Source: Candidatus Borrarchaeum weybense (GTDB lineage Archaea; Asgardarchaeota; Sifarchaeia; Borrarchaeales; Borrarchaeaceae). From it: 64,000 bases of DNA. This document shows positions 38,948-50,172 of the stretch, in pieces (position 1 is the stretch's first letter; every line of letters starts with the position of its first letter). The stretch lies in contig JAHQJS010000004.1 of the NCBI GenBank assembly GCA_019057385.1, forward strand, positions 980,727-1,044,726, in the 5' to 3' direction. Below the pieces are notes generated by a model that did no database searches, was not told the origin of the DNA, and saw only the letters and a program-made list of their open reading frames with translations. A program made the position numbers and the translations under genes.

Positions 38948-39826
38948 TATAAACTTTTCGCCCATGCCCAGCATTTCTTTAACACCTATCTCAGGAAAAT
39001 TGCACTTGCGGTGGAAGAAAAAAAATACCCTTAAATTGAAGAGAACCATGACTGAGCGCTTAAAAAAACTTATAACGTGTAAAACGATAGTCAATTGGTT
39101 GAAACTTTTCCTCAAAAACCAGAATTTGTGTAACAGAATTAAAACTGATTTCTGTCATCTTAAACAGTAAATTTCGGATTAAAATATGAGTTCAGTCTCT
39201 TTTTGGCATTTTTATGAAAAAATGGTTGGAAACTTTTTCATATAACACAGTAAAGACCATTAGGAGAGTGCTATCCCTATATCACCTAAGAAAGTTATAA
39301 AAAGTTGGCATACAAACTTTTATTAGGTATACCGAAAACAGAGACACTTGCACGGCTTACTAGTTTTATCAACTTTATCAAACAAGTAGCAATAGGCCAA
39401 GAGTGTTTAAATATTTTCAAATCTTTTCATGCCAAACAGTTTCATTCAAGTGAAGTTCACTTAAATAAAGACGATGACTAAATGATCGCTTTTTGGTATC
39501 TATGGATTTTCTTTGTTGTCGGAAACGTAGAGCATGCTATTTCAGTCATGCCTTTTTGTTCGCCCTATCGTCTAGTAGCGGATACAAGGATGGAGTAACC
39601 ATGACCGACGATAAAAAAGAAACATATTGGCGTAAAATAATCAAGGTTTCAACAATACCAGCAACGGCTTCCCCGACATCTGTCCAAACGTGGAAAAACA
39701 CTGCAGGGAAAATCCCCGTCAGCACCCAAACTAAGGGGTAACTTTACTTTCCAGAAAAAGAAGTCCGTAAAAGGTTTCTGTGAACTAAAAATGAAGTTTC
39801 CAATAAACTCAGTATGGTAATGTTCC

Positions 39827-40921
39827 TTATCTCTCCAGAATGTCCCTCAAATTGATCAACAAAGTGTTATTCATTTTTCTCGTCCCGACTGCAGTACGAA
39901 AACAATTTTGTAGCAGTGGATGACTACTTAGATCTCTGACTAAGATACCTTTTTTCATTAATTCGTTGACGACTTCTGTCGCCGATAGGTCATCATGTTG
40001 AATTTTAACCAGGAGAAAGTTTGCTTTCGATGGAAAGACTTTAACAGGAAACTGTGATAATTCCTTTCCTAAGTATTCGCGTTCTTTTTTTATTTCTTCA
40101 GCTTTCTTTCGAACATAATTAAAATTTTGAAGTAGTTTAATTGTCATCTGTTGTGCAATGAGATTCACTGAAAATGGACCAATGACTCTTAGAAAATAGG
40201 ATGCTAACATCTCATTGGTGAATAAGAACCCCAGTCGCAAACCTGCAATTCCTGCTGATTTTGAGAATGTACTGAACACGATTAAATTATCAAATTCGCG
40301 AATTAGTGGTAACACCGAGTAATCTGCAAATTCCACATATGCTTCATCCACTATGACGATTTTATCAGTTTGAGTAAGTAGTTCTCTTATTTGTTCTTCA
40401 GAAAATTGATTGCCAGTAGGATTGTTTGGTGAACACATTACGATAAGCTTCGTTTTGTCAGAAGTCTTTTCCAGTATCTCGTTACAGTCGAGATTGAAAT
40501 CCTTTCCTAGGGAAACTGGGATATATCGTCCTCCTGCTAGTTCTGTAGTAATTTTATAAACAGAAAATGTAGGATCAATAGCGATTATTTCATCACCAGG
40601 ATTAATGAATATCCGTGGGAGCAGCTCAATTAACTCGTCAGATCCGTTCCCAATTACAACTTCGCTTACTTTTATATTAAAGAATTCTGCCATTGCTCGA
40701 CGCGCGTTTAAACTCCGTTCAGTAGGATAGGCTCTTATGTCTACTTCTTTCATGGCATCTTCGAATAATGTATCAAGCCATTCTTTTTCAATGAAGTAAT
40801 TTTCACTGGTACTTAGGCGAACTATTTCTGTTGGTTTGCTATCACTTAATAGTTCAAGGGCAGGATCTTCCCATGATTTCAATGACCTTGTTTCTTCTCT
40901 AATGAGATTTTCCCAGTCCAT
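39827..40921 (-). CDS. hisC: Histidinol-phosphate aminotransferase, copy 2
   Basis: NGSDE, CSPNNPTG, DEAYVEF, TFSKSAGIAGLRLG; follows hisG. Confidence 0.88.
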   Translation of the reverse strand: MDWENLIREETRSLKSWEDPALELLSDSKPTEIVRLSTSENYFIEKEWLDTLFEDAMKEVDIRAYPTERSLNARRAMAEFFNIKVSEVVIGNGSDELIELLPRIFINPGDEIIAIDPTFSVYKITTELAGGRYIPVSLGKDFNLDCNEILEKTSDKTKLIVMCSPNNPTGNQFSEEQIRELLTQTDKIVIVDEAYVEFADYSVLPLIREFDNLIVFSTFSKSAGIAGLRLGFLFTNEMLASYFLRVIGPFSVNLIAQQMTIKLLQNFNYVRKKAEEIKKEREYLGKELSQFPVKVFPSKANFLLVKIQHDDLSATEVVNELMKKGILVRDLSSHPLLQNCFRTAVGTRKMNNTLLINLRDILER

Positions 40922-40936
40922 TTAAATTCCCTACTT

Positions 40937-41923
40937 TTATGATTTGAAAGTGTTTAATTTTCTTATCTCTTCAAGAGAAAGAACTTGTCTTGGTGTGTGT
41001 ACAACAAGACCTTGAGCAAGCTTTCTAAGTTTAGGAATTAGTTCAATAAATAAATCTCGAGGAATTACAGTATTGAGTGCAACCCATCCTTCTTCAGCAA
41101 GGGGAGAGATTGTAGGGCGTTTTAATGCAGGTAAAGTGGCAAGGAGGGTGTCTACATTTTCTTCCTTGACGTTCATAAATATATGAAGCCGTTTCCGTGC
41201 ATCAACGACGCCTTGCAATAAGGTAAGCACATCAGACATTTTCTCTCGTTTCCAAGGATCTTTCAGGCTCTCCATATTTGCCAATAAAACAGCCTGAGAG
41301 TCACCTATTTGTTCTATGATTTTCAAATTGTTTGCTCTAATTGTTGTACCAGTTTCTGTGTTATCAATAATCGCATCAGCATCTTCTGGGGGCTTAGATT
41401 CTGTTGCACCAAATGATAGATGAAGGATTACTGATGGATTTTCACCACTTTTACCCCAAGGGGTAATAACCAATGGCTTTTTGTCACCAAACCGTTCCTT
41501 ATATTCTTCATTTTTGAGTATATATTCTGTAACTGTATTAATATATTCTGTACTAATTCTTAATGGATTTCCTTTAACAAAGAATTTTCTTAGAAGATCA
41601 GAAAAACTTTTTACGTCTTCCCATATCTCTGGAACAGCTAATACGATCTTCACATGTCCATATTCTAGTTTTGTTAAAATCTCTACATCTGATTGAGATT
41701 CTTGAATCCAATCTTCACCACTTATCCCAATATCATGTGCGCCTTGTTCAACCAAAGAGGGGATCTCTTGTGGTCTAAGGATTTTTACGCTTAACTCAGG
41801 ATCATTTATGTATGGCCTGTATGTCCTGTCATCGCCTTTAATGGCATAATTTGCCTCTGAAAATAATTTCAGTGTTCGTTCCCCTAGTGATCCTTTGGGA
41901 ATTACTAATTTCAATTGTTGCAT
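40937..41923 (-). CDS. hisG: ATP phosphoribosyltransferase (long form)
   Basis: PKGSL, RPQEIP, DIGISG.D, GATE, D..ETG.T...N.L, C-terminal PTISPL. Confidence 0.92.
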   Translation of the reverse strand: MQQLKLVIPKGSLGERTLKLFSEANYAIKGDDRTYRPYINDPELSVKILRPQEIPSLVEQGAHDIGISGEDWIQESQSDVEILTKLEYGHVKIVLAVPEIWEDVKSFSDLLRKFFVKGNPLRISTEYINTVTEYILKNEEYKERFGDKKPLVITPWGKSGENPSVILHLSFGATESKPPEDADAIIDNTETGTTIRANNLKIIEQIGDSQAVLLANMESLKDPWKREKMSDVLTLLQGVVDARKRLHIFMNVKEENVDTLLATLPALKRPTISPLAEEGWVALNTVIPRDLFIELIPKLRKLAQGLVVHTPRQVLSLEEIRKLNTFKS

Positions 41924-42160
41924 TTTATCAACACCTTTACATAATATGAGTAAAAACTAAACACTCTATGAGTGTGTCTAACGATATAACTTGAGAAAAC
42001 TTATTTGCGGGGTCAAAGATCACGTTAATGGAGTGAAAATCAGAAAGAAACTTGGTTAAATAGATGGAAACGATTCCTCCACATCAGCTTCACCTAACAA
42101 TCCCCGCGCAATTGCATTTTTTTTAAGAATATATAACTCTTTCTCAAAAAGCGATAAGTT

Positions 42161-43465
42161 TCAAAGTTGATATTCAAAGCATCTGTAGTGGGCTGGTAGA
42201 TTCTCCATTTCTGACAAAATCTTCGCTATCGGACCATAATCTTCAACTGCAGAACTTGGTGCCTCAACTATTGGAACAAACTTACCGCAATCAAGTACAG
42301 ATAGACCAGTTCTCCATTTTGCGACCTTTCCAGTTGGAAGAATATGATTTGAGCCAGCACCACCATAATCTTCAAATGGTATTGGAGTATTGAGAAGAAT
42401 TGTTCCTGCATTTTTTATCAATTTACTAATAGGTGTTGGGTCACTAGAGAGAATAAGTAAGTGTTCAGGAGCATAATCATTGATAAATTCAACGGCTTGG
42501 CTTATCTTTTTGGTAACGATAATTGCACCATAACGTCCTAGACTTTCTTCTATATATCGCTTCCTGGGTGAATCTTTGATTAACTCTTCCACAAAAACTT
42601 TTACCTGTTCAGCTAAATCTCTACTCGTTGTAAGACAAATCGCTGCAGAATCGTTTCCGTGTTCAGATTGTGCAAAAAGTTCACAAGCAATCGCTTCTAG
42701 ATTTATAGTCTCATCTGTGGCAAATATTATAGCTTCGCTAGGACCTGCTAGCATATCTATTCCAACATCCCCACTTACTATGTATTTTGCTACTGTTGGG
42801 TAAAGTCCTCCTGGCCCTAAAATTTTTGACACGACTGGTACACTTTCAGTTCCATAAGCCATCGCTGCAATCGCTTGCGAGCCTCCCACCGAAAAAACTC
42901 TGACTTTGCATTGTGAAAGATTCTTAATAATTTGAATTGCTGCAAGAGTTCCATTGTCAATCAATCCAGAGAGTGTTGGCGGTGAGCATATAACAATTTC
43001 TTCAACACCTGCAACTATTGCTGGAACGGTTGCCATGAGGACAGTTGATGGGTATCTAGCTTTTCCACCCGGAACATAAATGCCTATTCTGTCTAGAGGA
43101 ATCCATCTATTAGTGATCTTTACCTCATTGCTTAATGACATCTCGAAGTGTCTTGGAAACCGCTCAAAGAATTTTGTGTTATATTCAAAAAGCAGCTTGA
43201 ATAATCTTTCTAACGCGTGTATCTGATTCTCAGGGGTTTTATTATATGCCTTAGTTATGTCAATTTCATTTATTTCAACGTTCTGAATTGTAACTCTGTC
43301 ATATTTTGCAGTTAATTCAATAAGAGCTTTGTCTCCAGATGTTTTTACAGAAGTAATTATTTCGTTAACTGTTTCTATTATTGAGCGTTCGAGTACTCTA
43401 GATCTTTCAGTTAGCTTCTGTCGATCTTCACTAGTTAGTTCGTCTAAATTATAAATTGCAATCAT
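42161..43465 (-). CDS. hisD: Histidinol dehydrogenase
   Basis: GIYVPGG.A.YPSTVLM, GG.QAIAAMAYGT, DMLAGPSE, QSEH, APEHL, NHILPT. Confidence 0.93.
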   Translation of the reverse strand: MIAIYNLDELTSEDRQKLTERSRVLERSIIETVNEIITSVKTSGDKALIELTAKYDRVTIQNVEINEIDITKAYNKTPENQIHALERLFKLLFEYNTKFFERFPRHFEMSLSNEVKITNRWIPLDRIGIYVPGGKARYPSTVLMATVPAIVAGVEEIVICSPPTLSGLIDNGTLAAIQIIKNLSQCKVRVFSVGGSQAIAAMAYGTESVPVVSKILGPGGLYPTVAKYIVSGDVGIDMLAGPSEAIIFATDETINLEAIACELFAQSEHGNDSAAICLTTSRDLAEQVKVFVEELIKDSPRKRYIEESLGRYGAIIVTKKISQAVEFINDYAPEHLLILSSDPTPISKLIKNAGTILLNTPIPFEDYGGAGSNHILPTGKVAKWRTGLSVLDCGKFVPIVEAPSSAVEDYGPIAKILSEMENLPAHYRCFEYQL

Positions 43466-43585
43466 TTTGTCTCTCTCGATCGAACTTAATTGAGGAAGAT
43501 TTTACTAGTAAGTTTAAAAGTTCTTTTAATTTTGCGGAGACTACTATCATAATGTTTATTAAAAAGTTACGTGTGGATTCTTTAG

Positions 43586-43903
43586 GTGATTGATATGGTT
43601 AGTGAAGTTATTCTATCCTTTGTAGGCACAGACTTCATTGAAGGAAATTCCTCAGATAGCCCAATAACATTGCTTATTGATGAGTCAAACAAAAAACTTG
43701 TTCTTCAAGTTTCCCCCCAGTCAGGCTTTGTTGAACGCAGAACAGCTGAAAGACAAGCTAGAGGTATAGCAAAAATCGGCTTTGCTCTAAAAAATGGCAA
43801 CCGTGTAGGACATGGATTTGACTTAGATGTGGCTGCTGAAGGTGGTGGCGTTCCCGAACGACTACATAAAGAAGTCTGGAACAATTATAGTCGAGGTATT
43901 TAA
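43586..43903 (+). CDS. Hypothetical protein, possibly a divergent single gelsolin-like domain
   Basis: LLIDE...LVL.....GFVERRTAERQARGI resembles the gelsolin strand-strand-helix pattern. Confidence 0.45.
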   Translation: MIDMVSEVILSFVGTDFIEGNSSDSPITLLIDESNKKLVLQVSPQSGFVERRTAERQARGIAKIGFALKNGNRVGHGFDLDVAAEGGGVPERLHKEVWNNYSRGI

Positions 43904-44194
43904 CGCCTATCTTTTTAGGTATTGTATAATCCGCGAATAAATTTTTTATACTATTTTCGCAAGACCCCAAGCAGAAGGGGGATGAAATGCGCAAATCTCA
44001 AATATTGAGTTTTATTAGAGCCAAGAATATGATTTCTCAGGTTCTCAGCAAATATGATTTTTTTTCTTTGCTGTTAAATAAATTAGTTTTTACAGGCTAA
44101 TTTTGCTCAACCTAATAAGCCCATAAACTGAAAAGATATGTTTAAAAAGCAATTTTTTTAATACAAAATCAACTGAATAATACGGTGATTTCTT

Positions 44195-44905
44195 TTGAGT
44201 AGTGAATGGACGATTGATGATCGATTTACATTTCAAACAAGAGTTATTTGCCATCATTGTGGTGAGATTTTAAGCTTCAACCAACCTGGGTATAATAAAC
44301 TCGATAAATTTCCTGCAACGTGTCCGAAGTGTGAAGGAAACTGGGGCATCGGGAATAAAGATTATCATTATAGTAAAAACTATTGGGCTTTGCGTGCAGA
44401 GCCTCTAAAAAGAAAGATCAAAGAGAAGACTAAAAAAGCTCGTAAGAAAGCTGTTGAACAAGAATTAGAGGAACTAGAAGATCTGGAAGATCTAGAAGCG
44501 GAACTAGAAGCACTAGGAGAGGAAGAGATAGAAGCAGAATTAGATGAGTTAGTAGAGGAAGAATTAGAAGAAGTTCCAGAAGAAAAACTTTCAGAGGCAG
44601 AAATAGCAGAAATATCGAAAGAGTTTATGCAATTAGATGGAATTGGCAAGAAAAGTGCTGAAAAAATAATTAGCTTGGGTGTAACCTCAATTGAAGAGTT
44701 AGCTACGCTTGAAGTAGATATGGTAGCGGAAACTGCAGATGTCTCCACTAAATCATTGAGAAAATGGATTAAGAATGCACAGAAGTACCTAGAGGAAGAA
44801 GCGGAAGAAGAGAAAGAAGAAGACGATGAAGAAGAAATTGACTTAACTGACCTGGAAGCAGAACTTGAAGCACTAGGAGCCGAAGAAGATTTAGAAGATG
44901 AATAA
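44195..44905 (+). CDS. Zn-ribbon + acidic repeats + helix-hairpin-helix protein
   Basis: CHHC...CPKC; LDGIGKKSAEK HhH; DLEAELEALG repeated twice. Confidence 0.7.
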   Translation: MSSEWTIDDRFTFQTRVICHHCGEILSFNQPGYNKLDKFPATCPKCEGNWGIGNKDYHYSKNYWALRAEPLKRKIKEKTKKARKKAVEQELEELEDLEDLEAELEALGEEEIEAELDELVEEELEEVPEEKLSEAEIAEISKEFMQLDGIGKKSAEKIISLGVTSIEELATLEVDMVAETADVSTKSLRKWIKNAQKYLEEEAEEEKEEDDEEEIDLTDLEAELEALGAEEDLEDE

Positions 44906-44940
44906 GTGTACTTGAATTTAAGCGTGGGTGGTTAGTTTAG

Positions 44941-45324
44941 ATGGTTAAGAAAATTAAAATTTTCACTGAGGCCACAGGAGAAGTAATTGCAGAATTAAGT
45001 GACAAAAACCCGAAAACAGCTGAAGCAATTTGGAATGCACTCCCTTTTGAAGCTAGTGCAAATACCTGGGGTGACGAGATCTATTTTAGTATTCCCGTAG
45101 AAATAGGTGAGGAAAACGCTCAGGAAACAGTTGATATGGGTGATCTTGCTTATTGGCCTCCTGGCAATGCGATGTGTATTTTCTTTGGTCCAACGCCTAT
45201 GAGTCGAGGGAACGAAATAAGACCTGCAAGCGAAGTTAATGTTTTCGGAACTATACCAGTAGATCCAAAGGTTTTCAAAAAGGTTCGTGCGGGTAGTAAA
45301 ATCCGAGTAGAAAAAGCAGAATAA
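44941..45324 (+). CDS. Cyclophilin-like fold protein (DUF369-like)
   Basis: ALPF...N.WGDEIYF, GDLAYWPPG.A.CIFFG.TP, VNVFG. Confidence 0.85.
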   Translation: MVKKIKIFTEATGEVIAELSDKNPKTAEAIWNALPFEASANTWGDEIYFSIPVEIGEENAQETVDMGDLAYWPPGNAMCIFFGPTPMSRGNEIRPASEVNVFGTIPVDPKVFKKVRAGSKIRVEKAE

Positions 45325-45533
45325 ATCACTCCAGAAACTTTTGATGATGAACCCATATCTTTTCAATGAAATCTTCTCTTTTCAAAAAAGAATTAACCAG
45401 AGTTTATTTTTTTGCACTCATATTTTTTCAATAGAACACAAATCTTTTCAATATCATATTTTTGATACCATATCGGTTCAATATAAAATTTTATTGACTT
45501 ATATTCCAAACTTGCTTCTAAATTTTAATTTTT

Positions 45534-46028
45534 TCATTTGAAGAACGACGTTATTATAGTAACTATTACATACCAATTAAAAATAAATCCAATTATTCCA
45601 AAGACAATTCCGATGCCTAGAGAACCCACAAGCCAATAAATATATCTCCTAACAAAGAGAAATCTTATTATTCTGTAATACAATCGTTCACCGCATACCC
45701 TGTTAAATTCTAAGTAAACGCCATTTCGTACATTATTTAAGGTAGTATTCTCCTTTTCCTTACTCGTATTACAATGTATGACTATATCGCTTAATTTTCC
45801 ATAGTAAAGCAATCGTCCAATCAGAAATATGCTACCACATCCAAAACCTAAGAAAAGTGCCCACCATAAAATACTTAGTATTCCAAAAAATCTCAACTTG
45901 ATTTGAACAAGCCCAAGTTCTACTAGAAGAGTAGGTACTAATACCGCGGCATGAGAGATTGATTGTGATGAATATGTATTAAGAAGTGCTATTCGTGCAT
46001 TTTGTTCTAATTCTTCTATTGTCGCCAT
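45534..46028 (-). CDS. Hypothetical membrane protein
   Basis: Three hydrophobic segments. Confidence 0.55.
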   Translation of the reverse strand: MATIEELEQNARIALLNTYSSQSISHAAVLVPTLLVELGLVQIKLRFFGILSILWWALFLGFGCGSIFLIGRLLYYGKLSDIVIHCNTSKEKENTTLNNVRNGVYLEFNRVCGERLYYRIIRFLFVRRYIYWLVGSLGIGIVFGIIGFIFNWYVIVTIITSFFK

Positions 46029-46296
46029 TTCTTAACTCCTCTCAGCTTATCATCCATTACTTTATTCTAAAGAATAAAGATATGTCCATTTATACTCAAA
46101 ATGAAAAGTTGGAAAAATAACTTTTTTGATACCGAACTAACTATATTTTTCATCAAGTATTCTCTCAATTTCTTCGTAAAATTGATTAATCCATTCATCT
46201 TTTCTTACGAAGGATGCTCAAACTTATTTTCGCTATCTTCTAACAACCGTCCCCCCAGTTGTGTCCTATTCTATTCACTCTTTTTTATTTCTTCAC

Positions 46297-46554
46297 TTAC
46301 TCATCACGTACCTTTTGGACTTTTACTGCAATGTCATTTTTTCTCCCATAATTATACTCTTCAATCCTATTCCAACGATACCTATCGTTTTTCTTGAGCC
46401 ATCTAAGCCATTCCATCAACGGTTTACTGCCCTTACTTTGATTACAGGCTCGACAAGCACGAACTATCCTTGACCCACCTTTACTTTTTGCTATTACATG
46501 ATCTTCTTGCGTTTCAATTGCACTACCACAATATCTACAGATTCCTCTGCCCAT
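46297..46554 (-). CDS. Small HNH endonuclease
   Basis: CRYCG...DHVIAKSKGG...ACRACNQSKG; GGAGGTG RBS. Confidence 0.85.
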   Translation of the reverse strand: MGRGICRYCGSAIETQEDHVIAKSKGGSRIVRACRACNQSKGSKPLMEWLRWLKKNDRYRWNRIEEYNYGRKNDIAVKVQKVRDE

Positions 46555-46655
46555 TTTGTCACCTCCATATCTTCTTGTTTTATTCTATAAAGTCAATGAA
46601 ATTCTTTGCCATAATCTTGAGACTTGTATTAGTCACTTTTATTTAATTTTATCAA

Positions 46656-46951
46656 CTAATCAATGATTCTTATTTGCTCTCGCCTTTTTCTTTTTCTCAC
46701 TATCACAGTTATATATTGTCCCTTAACATTACGCCTTCTTTTTGTCCAATACTGTTGTATGGGGGCTCCACGACTCTCAAAGATAACATCCTTAATTATG
46801 TGACCTATTGGATCTTTTTCAGGATCACTTACATTCACATGTGGAAAATTGTCTCTAGATGTAAATGTGTTCTTGACCCATCTTTGTGGGGCTTAACTCA
46901 GCCCTTATCAAAGGGGAGTTTTGTTTTTCTATAATCCTTCTTTTTTACCAT
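46656..46951 (-). pseudogene. Degraded small gene (in-frame stop and frameshift)
   Basis: MVKKKDYRKTKLPFDKG*VKPHKDGSRTHLHL then frameshift into FPHVNVSDPEKDPIGHIIKD. Confidence 0.3.
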
Positions 46952-47272
46952 TTCGTAACACTTGCAAAGGAATTATAATAAAAATGCATCCTGAAATCTA
47001 CGGAAACTTTGTTATCTTGTTCGTATATGTTGGTTCTTCGGTATGAAAGGTAAAGGTAATGTGGATAGTCTAGTCTGATACCTTACACGCTAGTATTTTA
47101 GTACGTTTAACGCTAATTGGTGGCCATCCAAATTGTACGATTAGTTCTGTCCGTGTAGTTTCAGTACAATTTGACCTTTTTTTCTTTGTCATATGTTCAC
47201 CATAATTAACATGTCAGAATATTTCGACATATCATTTATATCTAACATCTAATATATAAATATTAGGGAGAT

Positions 47273-48070
47273 GTGGAACAGATGATAAGTCCTTGCGTAA
47301 ACGAAGCGATACAAGCTGAAAAATTCATAGTGGATAAGGAATATACAATAAAAGAGTCACCTGAAACTAAAGATCTTAAAGTAGGACGCCTTCACGAACA
47401 TCGAATTTTAGGAATAATGCTATGGCTCTACACTGTAGATATCTTGAGAGTAACAACAAAGCAAATAGTAAACTATTACACAGATTTTTTCGAAAAATTC
47501 TCTCGCAGTTCAATTAGTACCTACCTAAACTCTCTTAATGCAGAAGGTGTGTTAAGAAAGGATAAAGAGGGACGTAATGTTTATTATTTTTTCGCTGAAT
47601 CTCCTCCTCAGCATATTTCTCCGATTTGGATTATCCGAAACTTCTGTCTCTATCCTGCCTATGCATGTCGCTCTTTTTTCCTTTATCAAAAATTTAAGGA
47701 CTTTGAAAAAAGAAATCTCTCAAAAGAAGCATTTTTCCTTGATAAGGCTATAAAATATCTCGATATGAGACGACTTGAATGTTGCAATCTCTGCTTGTTC
47801 GTAGAACGGGAGGAAGGAGAAGATGCTTTGAAAGAAATCAAAAAAGAATTGGAAAGAGAAACAGATCTATTACCCTCGGAATTGATTCAAGAAATAAGAA
47901 GTTTGGGTGAACTTAGCATATTTGATGGACGAAAATTAAAAGGGCATTGGAAAGAAATTGAATCAGGAATATCACAATTAGTAAAAAAATATAAAAACCA
48001 CATCGCCAAACAGATTGAAATTATCGAATTCAGAGCAGAGAAGGATCAAGAGATCTCGAACTCTCCGTAA
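47273..48070 (+). CDS. Winged-helix transcriptional regulator-like protein
   Basis: SRSSISTYLNSL..EGVL.K.KEGRNVYY wHTH. Confidence 0.7.
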   Translation: MEQMISPCVNEAIQAEKFIVDKEYTIKESPETKDLKVGRLHEHRILGIMLWLYTVDILRVTTKQIVNYYTDFFEKFSRSSISTYLNSLNAEGVLRKDKEGRNVYYFFAESPPQHISPIWIIRNFCLYPAYACRSFFLYQKFKDFEKRNLSKEAFFLDKAIKYLDMRRLECCNLCLFVEREEGEDALKEIKKELERETDLLPSELIQEIRSLGELSIFDGRKLKGHWKEIESGISQLVKKYKNHIAKQIEIIEFRAEKDQEISNSP

Positions 48071-48337
48071 TTAACTTTTATGTGAAATCTATACTTTTAA
48101 CCTAGAATGTGAGAACATTTATAAGCACTAAGTATTTTAAAAAAACGCTTAGCGATGTAACAAATTTAGTAATTCCAGAAACTGTAGAAGAAGACTTTTC
48201 AGCTCAGCTTATTGATGAGGTTGAAAAATAAATTATGGTTTCATCAAAAGATACATTCTCGTGAGAGGATAATGCTTCTTTTTTACTTTGAGTTCTTCTT
48301 TCTGTTTTTTATTTAATGAATTACTTTATTTAGCTAC

Positions 48338-50128
48338 TTAATCTAGCCAAATTCCTTTGTTATCTAACTTATTCCAATTGTTATCCTTATATTTGTACCA
48401 ATTCCAAGATTTTGTTCTTCTCTCTGTGGTTTGAACAATGTTGAGATCTGCTATAAGCATCATTTCATCCCTGGCTTGAAATATCTTGTATTTTATAGCA
48501 TCTTTTGGTCTTAACCCCTCATGTTTATACCTCTCTATGAGGTAAGGATGTTCACAACCTATTATAGCTGTTCCACCTCCACCTTTTGCAGGACCAAATT
48601 TAAATTTTGCAGTATTCACCTGTAATATGAATGTTGGGCTTCGTGAACCGTCAGGTCGATCAAGAGGTACATCAGCCCATCGTTGAAATGCGTGTTCTTT
48701 ATTTGGGTCACACCGGAGATTAATAATGAAATTTAAATCAAACTTACTTATTTGAGCATTTTCATAGTCAAAGTCAATGCATGTTAAAATGGAGATCTTG
48801 CCGCATTTGGTTTGGAATATAAAAAGTTTATTACCGCAGTTCAACCCTTCTCCATTTTCTTTCTCAAAGATAGAGGGATAACACTTTGCGTAATCGTAAT
48901 CATCTCCATCTATTATTATTTTGCAAAGATTACGATTATAATTATCATAAAAGCTACCACAGACAATTATCATGTCTTTATATAGATCCTTTATTTCCTT
49001 AGCCCATTCACTAGTGAAACTGAGTTCTGGAAAGCAGATAATATCTACCCTTTCATTTTTTGCAATCTCTAATGCTCTCAATACTTTATCTTTTACGTTA
49101 CCTTCTTCTTTTAGTCTGTATGGAAATCTTTCTGTCAAGGAATAGTCTAACTGGACAAGACATACCCTCACTAGATCTTTTTCAGTATCTGAGACTGAGA
49201 TTAGTTCAATCTCGTTCTCCCTTTCTATGGGTTTTATTTTAACTGAAAACGGCTTTGCTCTGATTTTTTTGGTTATTTCTTCGCTTAAAACACCGTCTAA
49301 AGACTCAATATTTGAGGTTCTTAGCAGTTGTAATAGAAACTCTTCGTCCTTTTCAGGAACTTTCATCTGTTTTCTATATTTATCCATCCTTTGGATAAAA
49401 ATCACCAGAGAGTCTAATGCCGTAGTAAATGTTTTAAGATTCCAATCGTCAAAGACGGCTTGTGCATCTCTTAATTCTTTCAAATCTACTTTTTTAAATC
49501 CTAAAGCCCTTGAAAGGGAAGTAAAGCATATTTTTTTGCTTATTAAGAGCTCATAGGCATCTTCTGGCAGTTCATCTTTAATAAAAGTTCGAATAAAATC
49601 TTCTATTTCAATGGAAATCTGCAGAGTGTTTTCTTTTAACTCAGTTAGACTTAGACTATCTAAACTCTTTAGGAACTTGTTGTCTAACTGATCCATTCTG
49701 GAAATTAATCTTGAGGCATTTTTAGCCCATGATTCATATTTATATGCTGTTTTTGCTTCATCGTTCATATCCATCTTGGCAAACGAATCTCCAGCATTTT
49801 TTAAAATCGTTTTCGCATCATCATAGTTTCGCAGGTTTAAAAATGCGATTCCTTTATTGCCATGTGCCTCAATATAATAAGGATTTAAGTCTAAAGCTTT
49901 GTCAAAGTCTTCTATTGCCTCTTTATACCTTTGAAGTCGTAGTAATGTCGCACCTTTATTATTCCATGAGAGATAATGGCTTGGATTAAGCTCTAGTGAT
50001 TTCTTATAACAATTTTCCGCTTTTTCATATTCTTCAAGCGCTAGAAATGCTACACCTTTGTTATTCCACGCGGCAATATCGTTTTCATTTAATCTTAAAG
50101 CCTCATTAAAATGCTTGACAGCTTGTTC
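48338..50128 (-). pseudogene. 5'-truncated TPR + nitrilase (carbon-nitrogen hydrolase) domain protein
   Basis: Frame is open from 50128 with about three TPRs (AWNNKG, SWNNKG, AHGNKG) but no start until 49774; E-K-C triad in FPELS, YAK, LTCIDF. Confidence 0.7.
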
Positions 50129-50172
50129 TCATCGCCAGCTCGAACCATCCAGGCGTGATTTGGCTTAGTCAT
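50095..50172 (-). pseudogene. N-terminal stub of an Mrr-family restriction protein
   Basis: MTKPNHAWMVRAGDEN; WMVRAG is the typical N-terminal motif of Mrr-associated proteins; runs out of frame into the TPR gene. Confidence 0.5.

Noticed and set aside
39493-39780. 82-aa + strand ORF or minus-strand membrane-protease remnant
   Set aside because: No convincing start or family motif; at most a degraded fragment.
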